Source: a virus | Strand: one strand, 5' to 3' | Length of the DNA stretch: 64,000 bases | Virus record (IMG/VR): IMGVR_UViG_3300042465_005589 | Span: 141,741 to 205,740 of that record | In this document: positions 54,525 through 64,000 of the stretch, piece after piece | Position numbering within the stretch: position 1 is the first letter of the stretch | How the letters are laid out: each line of letters opens with the position of its first letter | The notes under the pieces: model-generated | What the model was told of the DNA's origin: nothing | Databases searched by the model: none | The model's input: the letters and a program-made list of their open reading frames with translations, nothing else | Made by a program: the position numbers and the translations under genes

Positions 54525-54525
54525 T

Positions 54526-56301
54526 TTAAAATCCTAAATCGTTCTCATCATTATAGACAGGAACAAGGTTATAATTATTATACGAATTTAATTTCATAAT
54601 TGAATCGTTTTCCCAACATAACCCCAATTTAGTTACATCTTTTCCTGTCTTAGTCACCGAATATGTTTTCACACTCATAGTACCCCAATCAGAGAACAAT
54701 TCTTTATTTTTAAACTCACCCTTAATTTGTAAGGTATCAAACAAATCCTCATATTGGTAAATTTTATTATCCAATTTGACTAACACTTCATTCCAACTCT
54801 CATCTAAACTACGATTGTGTTTACCCAAAGTTTGAACTCTCTCTAAATCAAAAGTATTATGTAGTGAAGGTAAAGTTATACGATATTCAATTGACGCTCT
54901 CTCTTCCGTTTCACCCTCACCTCGTCTCATAGAGATTAATAAAGAATCCACTCGTCTAACATATGTCTTAACACAATTGGACTGGAATGATGACTCATTG
55001 TTGTATCGTTTGGATGTTGTCAATACCTCCGGGAAGTACGGACCATCTTTGGTTAAGATAACCTCATTCACCTTATCCACAAACTCTTGGTTGTAAATTC
55101 TAGTAAAGTCACCATTGGTATAATGGTTGTATTTCTCCGACCAATCGTAGTGTTCTTGAACAAACTCATCGTGAGTTCTTGATGTCCATTTAACTGTCTC
55201 CATTTGGTCTAACAAACGATAAAATCTAAAGTGGTCTTCAATCACATTGTAGTTAATCAATCCTTTTTGAAATAATTTAAATATCTCAAAAAAATTGGAG
55301 AACTCTTTTTTAGTTAATAATCCTTTTCCAATATTATTATGAAATGTACTTTGTTTATTATGTTCCAATAATAATTGGACAAACTCATCCGGTTGATTTA
55401 AAATAAACTTCTCACCAAATATTGAACAAGCGTTATTAAAATTAAGAACACCCTCAAATGATTTAACGTTATGTAATACCCTTTTAACCTTATCCCCCTT
55501 TAATCCGTTAACCCTCATTAGAGCATCAATATACTTATAGTCACACTTCACCAAATCTTTCTTCTTTGGTTGGGGATAGACATTCATAAGTTCAAACCAA
55601 TTGTTTGGAACTTTGGTTCCTTGAGCATCCAAATATCTTTTGTAGATTCTTTGTTCAGGAAGTAAGTCGGCATATAATTCAGTTCCGGGAATGGCATTCA
55701 CAAAGGTTGAGATTACCTGATTAATAATTGTTGGGACATCCACCACTTTTTTATCAACTATTGAGTTCAACGAATCTCGTAAATGTCGTCTCATATTATT
55801 AATAGGGTCACTATTAAATAAAACTCTTCTAATTTTTTTACGACATTTTGTTTTCAAATGATAATTCTGTAATGAACCGGTATATAACGCATTTGTTTTA
55901 TAGTTGAATGTAATGAACTGACATTTAGTTCTTAATTTAAACCACTTACCCGCAACACGTCTTGTTTTACTATAATCAAATATCTTAAAAGAAACTTTAT
56001 CATTCTCTTTAGTCACACAAATAATTACCCTGTTCAAATATAATTGAGTCAGTGGGTTTCCGTAATGTTCTACGAATTTTTCTTCTGTATCATAATCCGC
56101 ATTAAAAGTATAGTCACCCCAAGGCGTATAACTTGTATGTCTACCAGAACTTAAACTAGTTTCTATTGTCCCCCAAAAATCATCCTCAACTTCTTTTTTA
56201 AGAGGTCGAATAGGATTGGTATCCAAGTATTCAGATACTTGATACTTCTTTACGGTATAGTTAAATAATTCTTCTTTCATCAGGTTTATTTTGAACCACA
56301 A
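54526..56301 (-). CDS. Hypothetical large protein.
   Basis: 591-aa ORF. Confidence 0.65.
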   Translation of the reverse strand: MWFKINLMKEELFNYTVKKYQVSEYLDTNPIRPLKKEVEDDFWGTIETSLSSGRHTSYTPWGDYTFNADYDTEEKFVEHYGNPLTQLYLNRVIICVTKENDKVSFKIFDYSKTRRVAGKWFKLRTKCQFITFNYKTNALYTGSLQNYHLKTKCRKKIRRVLFNSDPINNMRRHLRDSLNSIVDKKVVDVPTIINQVISTFVNAIPGTELYADLLPEQRIYKRYLDAQGTKVPNNWFELMNVYPQPKKKDLVKCDYKYIDALMRVNGLKGDKVKRVLHNVKSFEGVLNFNNACSIFGEKFILNQPDEFVQLLLEHNKQSTFHNNIGKGLLTKKEFSNFFEIFKLFQKGLINYNVIEDHFRFYRLLDQMETVKWTSRTHDEFVQEHYDWSEKYNHYTNGDFTRIYNQEFVDKVNEVILTKDGPYFPEVLTTSKRYNNESSFQSNCVKTYVRRVDSLLISMRRGEGETEERASIEYRITLPSLHNTFDLERVQTLGKHNRSLDESWNEVLVKLDNKIYQYEDLFDTLQIKGEFKNKELFSDWGTMSVKTYSVTKTGKDVTKLGLCWENDSIMKLNSYNNYNLVPVYNDENDLGF

Positions 56302-56330
56302 AAGTAAGACATTAAATTTAGATATACAAA

Positions 56331-56621
56331 TTAATTAAGGGAAAAGTGAGCGAATTTTGTGTGATAAATTATGGACTTAATCTTATCCATATCAACCTCA
56401 TCGTTCTGAGATTGTTTAAGAGCCACAACTATAGATATGATTTGTTTTTGAGTTAAGGAAACATCCTCACCATTATCAATATTATTTAAAGATTGTTGTT
56501 TTACTCTGTCGTAGAAGTCATCCTTCAAAACATCCCCAATTAACTCAAGTAAGTCATTGGGGTTGTTGTTAAAGAAAGTTATAAATTGATTAATGTAGAT
56601 TTCAACGTCAACATTTTTCAT
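56331..56621 (-). CDS. Hypothetical protein.
   Basis: 96-aa ORF. Confidence 0.5.
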   Translation of the reverse strand: MKNVDVEIYINQFITFFNNNPNDLLELIGDVLKDDFYDRVKQQSLNNIDNGEDVSLTQKQIISIVVALKQSQNDEVDMDKIKSIIYHTKFAHFSLN

Positions 56622-56644
56622 TTGTTTATTTTTAAGTATTAGTA

Positions 56645-58003
56645 TTAGTTAAAATAATAGAACCCCATTCCTTCATCTGTCAATCGTTCTTTTAATTTCT
56701 CAGGAATTTTAACATTCGGATTACTATCCTTTAAATTAATAAATGCCAATTCAGGTAAAGTCATTAAACATTCGGGCAACGATTCTAATTGTTTGTTATT
56801 TGGTAACGCCAAGAAATTTAATAATTTTAAATTACAGATTGAATCAGGAATACTTTTACAAATCTTCTCTAATTTTAACGCTTCTAAATTTTTAAATCTT
56901 CCAATAGATTCCGGAACCACCAACGCAATATCCTCGTTTGATTTATTACTAATTAATAATCTTTCAATCGTGTCCGGTAAACTATCAAATAATTCATCAA
57001 AACCATATAACGCAATGAATTTACCGGCAGCATTATCAGGGTATGCAATATCCACAACATTACCTGAACCACCTTTAACCAATCCTTTCGCAAACTGTGG
57101 TTTAAAATATTCTTTAAGTTCTTCACCTTTACCATTTAAAAATTCAACCAAATTAATTTGTCTGTCTCTCCTATCCATATATTGGTTTGAAGGGAAGTGA
57201 AATTGATATCTTTCTTTAGGTAATCCAGTCTTCTTACCAAATTCCGTAGCATTATTAGGTAAAATAACATATAATGGACCGTCTTTAATATAAGTGTAGA
57301 AATAACTACCACCAACGTTTGACGTACACCAATTAGTTTCATCAAACTCATCTCTCGTATCGTAGTAACCACCAAAGTAATCAGCCGCAGCGTCACCAAT
57401 TTTTGTTTTATCCTCTATTTTAACAATAGTCCAATTAGGACCAACGAAATCAATAGTAGACCCTTCAAATTTATAAGGGTTTTCTTTAGTAATTCTTTCT
57501 TCTTTTGCCGATTTAGAATCTTTAGTTAATTTGAATTCATCAACCGCTAATGATAAAGTTTGAGGAGTATACTTATTAATGTCTCTTTCACCTACAGGTA
57601 ATCTACTTTTAAATCTTTCAAATTTTAGTAAATCAACATTTAACTTATCCATATCTTCTATGAATAAACGTCGATATTCTTTAGCGTTTTGCTTATATTC
57701 CGGAGTACCTACTTCATCTTCTAATTTAGGTTGAATAAAGTTCTTCAACATCCATTGAACATATTTACCAACATGTATTTTACCCATGTCTTCAAAAGTC
57801 GCACTTTCTTTATCAAACCCTTGAGGGACAGTTGTTGAAGGGTCCCCAAAGATAATATTCTTTAATGTTTCAAAATCCATAGCGCCTTTAGGTTTTTCAC
57901 CAGGTTTTCTTGGTTTGTCAGAAGGTTTCACCAATTTGTCATATAAGACTTGGAAACGTGATTGTTCTGTAATTAAAGTTGATAGTGTATTAGTTAGTCT
58001 CAT
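56645..58003 (-). CDS. Protein with C-terminal leucine-rich repeats.
   Basis: LxxLxLxxN-type repeats (LEALKLEKICKSIPDSICNLKLLNFLALPNNKQLESLPECLMTLPELAFINL). The promoter motif lies 74 nt upstream. Confidence 0.55.
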   Translation of the reverse strand: MRLTNTLSTLITEQSRFQVLYDKLVKPSDKPRKPGEKPKGAMDFETLKNIIFGDPSTTVPQGFDKESATFEDMGKIHVGKYVQWMLKNFIQPKLEDEVGTPEYKQNAKEYRRLFIEDMDKLNVDLLKFERFKSRLPVGERDINKYTPQTLSLAVDEFKLTKDSKSAKEERITKENPYKFEGSTIDFVGPNWTIVKIEDKTKIGDAAADYFGGYYDTRDEFDETNWCTSNVGGSYFYTYIKDGPLYVILPNNATEFGKKTGLPKERYQFHFPSNQYMDRRDRQINLVEFLNGKGEELKEYFKPQFAKGLVKGGSGNVVDIAYPDNAAGKFIALYGFDELFDSLPDTIERLLISNKSNEDIALVVPESIGRFKNLEALKLEKICKSIPDSICNLKLLNFLALPNNKQLESLPECLMTLPELAFINLKDSNPNVKIPEKLKERLTDEGMGFYYFN

Positions 58004-58076
58004 TTTAATTGTTTTTATTATAAATATTTGTTTTTTCTAAATAATTCGCCAAAACCCATTTACTTTTGTTCAGCGG

Positions 58077-58103
58077 GACAAAGATAACGCTTATTTTTTG
58101 ATA
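58077..58103 (-). promoter_or_regulatory. Conserved upstream motif copy (GACAAAGATAACGCTTATTTTTTGATA).
   Basis: 74 nt upstream of the start of 56645..58003 and just after the stop of the Dam gene. Confidence 0.4.
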
Positions 58104-58109
58104 TCCAAT

Positions 58110-58958
58110 TTATTTTCTATAATTCATAATTAGTAATTCTTCCCCCATGTTCTGAACTTTACCTTTCTTAGCCGCAGCAGCTTTAGCAAATTCTTTCTTC
58201 TCCCAAACATATTGAAGAGGAGGGAACCAAGTATGTAATTGTGGGAAATCATAATACGATAATGAGAACTTCCCCTGAATACCTTTTAGACAATCAGCTA
58301 ATCTCTCGTGGTCTTTACTATCAAAGTCGTGGTTGTTATAATAGTTCTCTGTCTTCCAATATGGGGGGTCAGCGTAAACATAAGTAGATGGTCCATCATA
58401 CTTTTGAATAACATCTTGAAAGTCTAAATTTTCAACTTTAGTAATCTTTAAGAAATGTTCCACCCAATCCGGTTTAGATAACTTATCTCTGAAGGTAAGA
58501 TACTTTGATTTATATTTCCCTTTCAAGTCTATAAATGAACTTGTTTCCGGTTTAGACCCTGAGAATACCTGAGCTAGTACATAAGCGTATTTAGCTGCAA
58601 CCTGATAATCGTAAGCCTCTACCCTGAAATCTGTTTTAAATATTTCAGCTTGGAAGCTGATAAATTGTTCTTTATAGATGTCCGGTGTTGGGAACTCATC
58701 TCTTTGTTGACACGGAATTGAGTTAACAACCTCTAACAATCTCTCAGGATTCTGAAGACATTGAAATAAATTATAATTAAGTGGATTGAAGTCGTTATAT
58801 ACAACTTCTTTTAAGTTTGGGTATTTGGTTAGGTCCATATTAAAGAACACCCAAAACATACCTGAAAATGGTTCCACGTATGTTTCAATGTCTTGAGGTA
58901 TGAATGGAACAATCCACTTACCTATTTTTGATTTTCCCCCGATGTATGATAATGCCAT
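58110..58958 (-). CDS. Dam-like (D12 class, alpha) N6-adenine DNA methyltransferase.
   Basis: N-terminal YIGGKSK, motif I VEPFSGMFWVFF and motif IV VYADPPYW. Confidence 0.8.
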   Translation of the reverse strand: MALSYIGGKSKIGKWIVPFIPQDIETYVEPFSGMFWVFFNMDLTKYPNLKEVVYNDFNPLNYNLFQCLQNPERLLEVVNSIPCQQRDEFPTPDIYKEQFISFQAEIFKTDFRVEAYDYQVAAKYAYVLAQVFSGSKPETSSFIDLKGKYKSKYLTFRDKLSKPDWVEHFLKITKVENLDFQDVIQKYDGPSTYVYADPPYWKTENYYNNHDFDSKDHERLADCLKGIQGKFSLSYYDFPQLHTWFPPLQYVWEKKEFAKAAAAKKGKVQNMGEELLIMNYRK

Positions 58959-59050
58959 AATTTTCTTTTTTTAAAGTATAAGAAATAAAAAGTGAAAAAG
59001 CAAGTTTCTCTTTCATTTTTTTTCACTATACTTATTTAAAATATATTATT

Positions 59051-59254
59051 ATGGAAACAATCGAAGGACAAATTATTGAGGAAAAGGATATTATTTACGC
59101 CACTCCTGAACAACCTAAAAAAGAATGTAAATCTTGCAAACGTAAAACATTATCAAAAACACATTGGACGATGGTAATATCATCAGTTTATTTATTATTC
59201 GCATCAATATACGGGACTATTAAATTAGTTGAGAAAATAATAAGTCTTTTTTAA
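59051..59254 (+). CDS. Small protein with a C-terminal transmembrane segment.
   Basis: 67-aa ORF. Confidence 0.4.
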   Translation: METIEGQIIEEKDIIYATPEQPKKECKSCKRKTLSKTHWTMVISSVYLLFASIYGTIKLVEKIISLF

Positions 59255-60168
59255 TTACGTTTAAATTTAACGTGTAACTTAACAAATAAGTCACCCGTAT
59301 TATGAAACCCTTTAGATTTTACTCTAAGGGGTTTTTCTGTATCAAACTCTTCAGGTAATTTTATTGACATAACACCTTTAGGATGTTTCAAGTCTAATTT
59401 TTCATTTTTTAATGTATTCAAATCAAAATAAGCATTATAAATTAAATCATCCCCCGATTTTTCAAAATTATCTTCAGGAGCAACTTTAACTCTAATTACC
59501 AAATTACCATACACACCATTAACATAATCACCTTTACCCTGTAATTTTAAAAATTGACCCTCATCAATTCCATGTGGGAGTTTAATTGTAACTGTTTCAG
59601 TTTTAGTTGATGTTGTTTCACCATTACATGAACCACACACAGTTTTATATGAGAATCCTTTTCCACCACATGAATTACACGTTTGTCTTATAAGTTGGAC
59701 AAATAATCCGGAACCCACTCTTTGAGTTATAAACCCTTCTCCACCACACGAAGTACAATTTATTCTTTCACCACCATTACCATTACATGGTTCACACTTA
59801 TGTTTTCTATTATATGTAAAAGTTTTTTCCGAACCGTTATACGATTCTATAACACCTATTTTAACTTCAATAACCTTATCAGGTGCCGACCTTCTTCTTT
59901 GTTGGTGAAAATGATTCTGAAACATATCCTCAAAAGGATTAAATCCTCCACCACCCATATTAGAAAATGGATTATTTTTTTGACTATCATATTGTCTTCG
60001 TTTATTATCATCACCTATCGTATCATAAGCTTCCGATATTTTTTTAAATGTCTCTTCATTACCCCCTTTATCAGGATGGTGTTCAATCGCTAATTTACGA
60101 TATGCCTTTTTAATCTCATCTTGAGTTGCGTTTTCATTTACACCTAGTGTTTGATAAAAATTCTCCAT
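59251..60168 (-). CDS. dnaJ: DnaJ co-chaperone (J domain, four CxxCxGxG zinc fingers and a C-terminal domain).
   Basis: [30 protein letters not shown] with the HPD motif, and the zinc fingers [31 protein letters not shown]. Confidence 0.85.
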   Translation of the reverse strand: MENFYQTLGVNENATQDEIKKAYRKLAIEHHPDKGGNEETFKKISEAYDTIGDDNKRRQYDSQKNNPFSNMGGGGFNPFEDMFQNHFHQQRRRSAPDKVIEVKIGVIESYNGSEKTFTYNRKHKCEPCNGNGGERINCTSCGGEGFITQRVGSGLFVQLIRQTCNSCGGKGFSYKTVCGSCNGETTSTKTETVTIKLPHGIDEGQFLKLQGKGDYVNGVYGNLVIRVKVAPEDNFEKSGDDLIYNAYFDLNTLKNEKLDLKHPKGVMSIKLPEEFDTEKPLRVKSKGFHNTGDLFVKLHVKFKRN

Positions 60169-60223
60169 ACTTATTTACTTATATTTAATATAAAACTAAC
60201 TTATTTATTATTATATATCCAAC

Positions 60224-60865
60224 ATGAACTATCAGATAGTATTATTCAAAAATAAAACAAAAAAGAAAATAATCAATAAATTTAAGACTCATAAAAGGGC
60301 AAATAATTATTTTGAATCTCTAATAAATGTTAGCGATTCAGTAATTTTTGATAGGAAGTACGAAAATGGTATTGAATGTAGTTATGAAATAGCATTAATT
60401 GAAAAAACTTCGGGAACTTTTCTTCCAATTTTTTTAAAAGATGAATTTGGTAGAAAAATTAAAGTGAGTTTGGATGATGATGATTTTACTATTTTAAAAA
60501 TAATGAAATATCGAATTGAGGAATCATTTTTAGATTATTCAAAAAATAAAAAAATTACTTTAAATGAATTATTAAAAACTTATCTAAAACAAGATGGTCT
60601 TAAATTAATATCCAAATTGAACAATAAAATAATTATTCAAAATGATGATAAATTTAAATTATTCACCTTTAAAAATAATGACGATGGTATAAGGTTTATA
60701 GATAATTTATCCAGTCATTTTATAAACGAAAAAAGATACGACTGTATGTTTGTTAAAGATTATACAACATCACAAAGAAAATACCTGTATGATTTATTAG
60801 TTGAAAATGGGTTTTCTAAGAATTATTTGATTCGACATTCGACGACTCATCCAATAAAAACATAA
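60224..60865 (+). CDS. Hypothetical protein.
   Basis: 213-aa ORF. Confidence 0.55.
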   Translation: MNYQIVLFKNKTKKKIINKFKTHKRANNYFESLINVSDSVIFDRKYENGIECSYEIALIEKTSGTFLPIFLKDEFGRKIKVSLDDDDFTILKIMKYRIEESFLDYSKNKKITLNELLKTYLKQDGLKLISKLNNKIIIQNDDKFKLFTFKNNDDGIRFIDNLSSHFINEKRYDCMFVKDYTTSQRKYLYDLLVENGFSKNYLIRHSTTHPIKT

Positions 60866-61067
60866 ATTCATTACCCGATATCTCTATTTTAAATTGTTTG
60901 TGTAAACGGTCAATTTCTCTAAAATTTTCTTGAACTTTTTTAAACTCAACTTCTTTTAATTCAAAAGCTATTGCCATTTTCCCATTAGGGAATAATTCAT
61001 CAGCAGCATCTGCAATCATTGCTAATTTTTCAATTATCCCATCAATACTTTTTTGATTCTCTGCCAT
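60816..61067 (-). CDS. Hypothetical protein.
   Basis: 83-aa ORF whose end overlaps the convergent upstream gene. Confidence 0.4.
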   Translation of the reverse strand: MAENQKSIDGIIEKLAMIADAADELFPNGKMAIAFELKEVEFKKVQENFREIDRLHKQFKIEISGNEFMFLLDESSNVESNNS

Positions 61068-61228
61068 AACGTTAATTTCTTAGGTGGTTTTGGAAGAATA
61101 TCTTCCCTTTTTAATTTTTTAATATTTTCAATTAATTTTGATTTTTCTTGGTCAAGGACAATTTTATCCTTTGTTAACTCATTCTGTAACCACTCGAGTT
61201 GTTGTAAGCTCTTCTTCATTATCTTCAA
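61034..61228 (-). CDS. Hypothetical small coiled-coil protein.
   Basis: 64-aa ORF. Confidence 0.35.
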   Translation of the reverse strand: MKIMKKSLQQLEWLQNELTKDKIVLDQEKSKLIENIKKLKREDILPKPPKKLTLWQRIKKVLMG

Positions 61229-61616
61229 GTTTTAATTTAGTTAATTGTTTAGTCTTTAAATCAAATTTTAAATTTTGTAAACTTTCTAAATTTTGTTTTT
61301 CAAAAATACTTTTTAATTCATCAACTTTGTTTTGAAACAATTTATCTTTTTCTTCTCTCTCAAGATTATACTTAATAATATTTTGTAAATTTTCTGTCAC
61401 TTGTTCAATATCGTTTTCATTTATTTCAGCAACAAATGAAAAAGTACGATTACCAGGAACCTTATTCTCCTGTTCCATTACTTTGTCTTCTTGGACATAT
61501 TTTTTAGGTAGTTTCCACGATATCGGAAAACTAATATCAAACGATAAATATTTTTCAATCTTTCTTACTGATTGAATATAGGGTAATAACTCCGAAAATT
61601 CTTTATACAAACTCAT
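61179..61616 (-). CDS. Hypothetical coiled-coil protein.
   Basis: 145-aa ORF. Confidence 0.5.
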   Translation of the reverse strand: MSLYKEFSELLPYIQSVRKIEKYLSFDISFPISWKLPKKYVQEDKVMEQENKVPGNRTFSFVAEINENDIEQVTENLQNIIKYNLEREEKDKLFQNKVDELKSIFEKQNLESLQNLKFDLKTKQLTKLKLEDNEEELTTTRVVTE

Positions 61617-61618
61617 AA

Positions 61619-61807
61619 TTAATTTTTAATAATATAGGTTAAACAATACGATATTGCCAATCCAAGATAAATAAGTTCCCCTTTATTCCATAAGAATCTC
61701 TTTGGTGGGTTTGAGAACAGGGAACTTACCAATCTAGCAACTGTTCTAAAAACAGTTAAAACTGAAAAGATAAATACAAATAAAAAAATTGTATCAATAC
61801 TATCCAT
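61619..61807 (-). CDS. Small membrane protein.
   Basis: 62-aa ORF with two hydrophobic segments. Confidence 0.4.
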   Translation of the reverse strand: MDSIDTIFLFVFIFSVLTVFRTVARLVSSLFSNPPKRFLWNKGELIYLGLAISYCLTYIIKN

Positions 61808-61983
61808 TACTCGTCTTTTTTTCTTTCAGATAAAATCTCTTTTCTCAAGACATCTAATAATTTTTTCAAATCTTGTGCAGATTTTCGTGCTCTTGTTCCT
61901 GCACTTTTATTACCTCCAAAAAATTTTGAAGTATCGACTGATAACTCTTCGGTTAAAGATTTAATTTGTTCTAATGTTTCCAT
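61807..61983 (-). CDS. Possible small basic histone-H1-like DNA-binding protein (Bacteroidota type), 58 aa.
   Basis: Hand-translated as METLEQIKSLTEELSVDTSKFFGGNKSAGTRARKSAQDLKKLLDVLRKEILSERKKDE. The GNKSAGTRARK motif is recalled from small Bacteroidota histone-like proteins. Confidence 0.35.
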   Translation of the reverse strand: METLEQIKSLTEELSVDTSKFFGGNKSAGTRARKSAQDLKKLLDVLRKEILSERKKDE

Positions 61984-62065
61984 TTCAAATTGTGTTAATT
62001 AATTTATTTTTAATACTTATAAAGTAATTTTTTTAATCGTATAGTAAACACTATAAAGGATTTTT

Positions 62066-62533
62066 TTATTTTTTAAGATTTTTATCTAATGTTTTATAAA
62101 TGGTTAAAATCATATCTAAATCTGATTTTGTAAAAGATTTCTTCATATTAAATAAATCTGTAAAAAAACTACTTATTGAATTTTTTATTTTATTTTCTAT
62201 TTGATTATAAAATATTTCATCAAAAAATGATTGGAAGTAATCAAAATGTTCCCCTTTTTTGTGAAAAACAATATTTTCTTTTTGGAAGTTGTTAATAATT
62301 TTTATCCAACACCATTCAAAGTGTTTTTCATTATCATCATCTGTTAGCCTGATTTTAGTTTCCGTAGATACATTATCTTGACCTAAGTAGGTCTCATGTA
62401 TTAAAATATATAATGTATGGCAAAAATCAGAATACAACTCCAATTTTTCAGAAGTTATATTATTCATTTTAAACCAAATATCTATATCTTCCGGTTTTAA
62501 AGGTTTTGTTATGTAGTTAAAAAAATTCTCCAT
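62066..62533 (-). CDS. Hypothetical protein.
   Basis: 155-aa ORF. Confidence 0.5.
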   Translation of the reverse strand: MENFFNYITKPLKPEDIDIWFKMNNITSEKLELYSDFCHTLYILIHETYLGQDNVSTETKIRLTDDDNEKHFEWCWIKIINNFQKENIVFHKKGEHFDYFQSFFDEIFYNQIENKIKNSISSFFTDLFNMKKSFTKSDLDMILTIYKTLDKNLKK

Positions 62534-62580
62534 AGATGTTGTCTATGGAGAAATTATAATTGAATTTATGTATTTGTAAA

Positions 62581-63945
62581 TTATTGAGTTTTTTGATTGT
62601 AACCAATTAATGATTTCATTCTTTCAAACTCTTCATTAATTTGTTTCGCTTTTTTAGGTTCAGTAGATTCTAATTTAGTCATAATATCGCTAGCTTTACT
62701 ACCACCATCCTTATCATTAACCACAGGTTGTGGCGATTTATTATACGCCATTCTTTTAAGTTTTGCTAACATATTATCTTTTCTAATCTTATTACGTTTT
62801 TTGTTAACATCTGATTCTCCTGTATTCGCCCAATCAGGGTTATTACCTGTTTTGGAAGAACCTTCAATATTATTTGTCACCCATTCCTCATTTGGATGGA
62901 TTTCATCATAGTCTAAATTTTCTAAAGCCGCCGCAGTAAAATTATCAATATAATCTTCAACAGCCTCTGATGGGACATACGCCTTTTTATCCATTTTAGC
63001 TAATTCACCATTTCCTTTTGGGAAAAATTTTGGATTTGTATTATATTCTCCTTTAGAACCATCCTTTAAATAATCTTTCATTTTTTGAGCAACCGCCTTA
63101 AGACTATCTTCATTTTCTTTCCCATCTTTTTTATGGATTTGTTCATATTTGTTATATCCCGGAGTATTACCTATTATTTTTGAGTTGGTTTTTTCCGCTG
63201 GGTCTTTAACGTTTTTAGATTTTTGTTCTATTATAATTTTTTCAATTAAATTAACCATTTCACTTTCACTCATTCTAACAGAATTACTTTCTTCCATCCC
63301 ATGTTTTGTAGAAATTTTATTTACTTTTTTAATAGATTTGTCAGATTTTGAATTTTTAAGTTTAACACCTCTACCAACTAAAACATCTTTACGAGTAACT
63401 TTACCATCACCGGTTAAATCAGGGAATTTTTTACCTTCCTTAGTTTCAAATTTTTTACCATCAACCTCAAAATCTTTATCACCTGTTTTTCTAGCTTGAG
63501 ATAATGCACCGGTAAAAGCATTTCCTTCATCTGTTTCAGATTTTTTACTTTGTCTTCTTTGACGACCTTTTAAAGATTCATTCATCGAATCACCACAAAA
63601 TTGTTTTGTTCTATCATCATCCGGACCAAATTTATCCATATGGTATTTACAAGACTCTTCATTCTCCACATTTGTTTCTGTTTCAATATCTTCTTCTTCT
63701 TGAACATAATCAAATTCATCTTTATTATTAATGTCTTCAACATCATAAATCCCTTCATCCATCATTTTACTACCACATTCGGTACATTCCCCCTCATACA
63801 TGTTACCACCACATTCACAAACTTCAGAATCTTCTTTGATTGATGTTTTAATTTTAGAAACTAAAGTTTCGGCTTTCTCCCCTAAATTTTCTTTTAAAAC
63901 TTTAGAAATCATTTTCTCTAAATAAGTTATATTTAATTTTTTCAT
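62581..63945 (-). CDS. Lys/Glu-rich protein with an N-terminal Cys cluster (CECGGNMYEGECTECGS).
   Basis: 454-aa ORF. Confidence 0.6.
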   Translation of the reverse strand: MKKLNITYLEKMISKVLKENLGEKAETLVSKIKTSIKEDSEVCECGGNMYEGECTECGSKMMDEGIYDVEDINNKDEFDYVQEEEDIETETNVENEESCKYHMDKFGPDDDRTKQFCGDSMNESLKGRQRRQSKKSETDEGNAFTGALSQARKTGDKDFEVDGKKFETKEGKKFPDLTGDGKVTRKDVLVGRGVKLKNSKSDKSIKKVNKISTKHGMEESNSVRMSESEMVNLIEKIIIEQKSKNVKDPAEKTNSKIIGNTPGYNKYEQIHKKDGKENEDSLKAVAQKMKDYLKDGSKGEYNTNPKFFPKGNGELAKMDKKAYVPSEAVEDYIDNFTAAALENLDYDEIHPNEEWVTNNIEGSSKTGNNPDWANTGESDVNKKRNKIRKDNMLAKLKRMAYNKSPQPVVNDKDGGSKASDIMTKLESTEPKKAKQINEEFERMKSLIGYNQKTQ

Positions 63946-64000
63946 TGTTGTTTTTTTATTATAAATATATTAGTTTTTTACTTTATTTGTTTGATTTTAA

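Noticed and set aside
1-64000. CRISPR array, rRNA genes and tRNA genes.
   Set aside because: There are no regularly spaced short direct repeats, no canonical T-loop or anticodon-arm combinations, and no rRNA-like GC-rich blocks.
1-64000. Eukaryotic giant-virus origin (AT-rich genome, many paralogs, DnaJ, Trx/Grx, Dam methyltransferase).
   Set aside because: Bacterial-type hairpin plus T-run terminators occur after operons. Lipobox and FGQ signal peptides are of Bacteroidota type. The TAnnTTTG -7 motif is present. DUF192, DUF3310, T5orf172 and the ribbon-helix-helix/HNH pair fit a bacteriophage better.
1-64000. Prophage or integrative-element boundary within the window.
   Set aside because: There is no integrase, no tRNA attachment site and no flanking bacterial housekeeping genes. 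The whole window has uniform composition and gene style.

Overview
This is a 64-kb window of a very AT-rich, gene-dense genome with about 110 plausible protein genes, most of them short and almost all on the minus strand. There are no rRNA or tRNA genes, no CRISPR array, and no integrase or transposase. The genes I can recognise are phage-type auxiliary functions: a Dam-like N6-adenine DNA methyltransferase and a beta-class (SPPY) methyltransferase, an HNH endonuclease, a complete DnaJ, thioredoxin and glutaredoxin, a ParB-like nuclease, a DHH/DHHA1 phosphoesterase, NUDIX and HD-domain hydrolases, a glycosyltransferase family 2 enzyme, a metallophosphoesterase, a band-7 (SPFH) protein, LysM, T5orf172, DUF3310 and DUF192 proteins, a Dps/ferritin-like protein, and a candidate GmrSD-like type IV restriction protein. 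Transcription units end in hairpins followed by T runs (bacterial intrinsic terminators). Several proteins carry Bacteroidota-style signal peptides or lipoboxes (…LTFGQ, …FMIGC, …GVASC). A conserved upstream motif recurs nine times and contains TATCTTTG, which matches the Bacteroidota sigma-A -7 element TAnnTTTG. My inference is that this is an accessory or early region of a large (probably jumbo) phage infecting a Bacteroidota host, likely a flavobacterium. No capsid, terminase or replication genes are visible. Six features stand out: (1) three large paralog families defined only by conserved N-terminal peptides (MK[IV]IITE[NS][QR]…, MNLxENIxRI…, MKELIRRILRE…); (2) a roughly 2.5-kb low-coding region containing a G-quadruplex motif, GC hairpins, iteron-like repeats and palindromic operator-like sites; (3) a four-copy intergenic repeat (AAAAAAGGGGGCGGGGGGATT…GACCGAAGGGAGTCCGGGT) that brackets a single-gene cassette beside the GmrSD-like gene; (4) tandem and cassette gene duplications; (5) a plus-strand pair encoding a tandem-repeat protein and a double LamG protein; and (6) a promoter-to-terminator unit with no ORF that may encode a small RNA. 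All functional calls are motif-level readings of the translated ORFs. No database search was possible.
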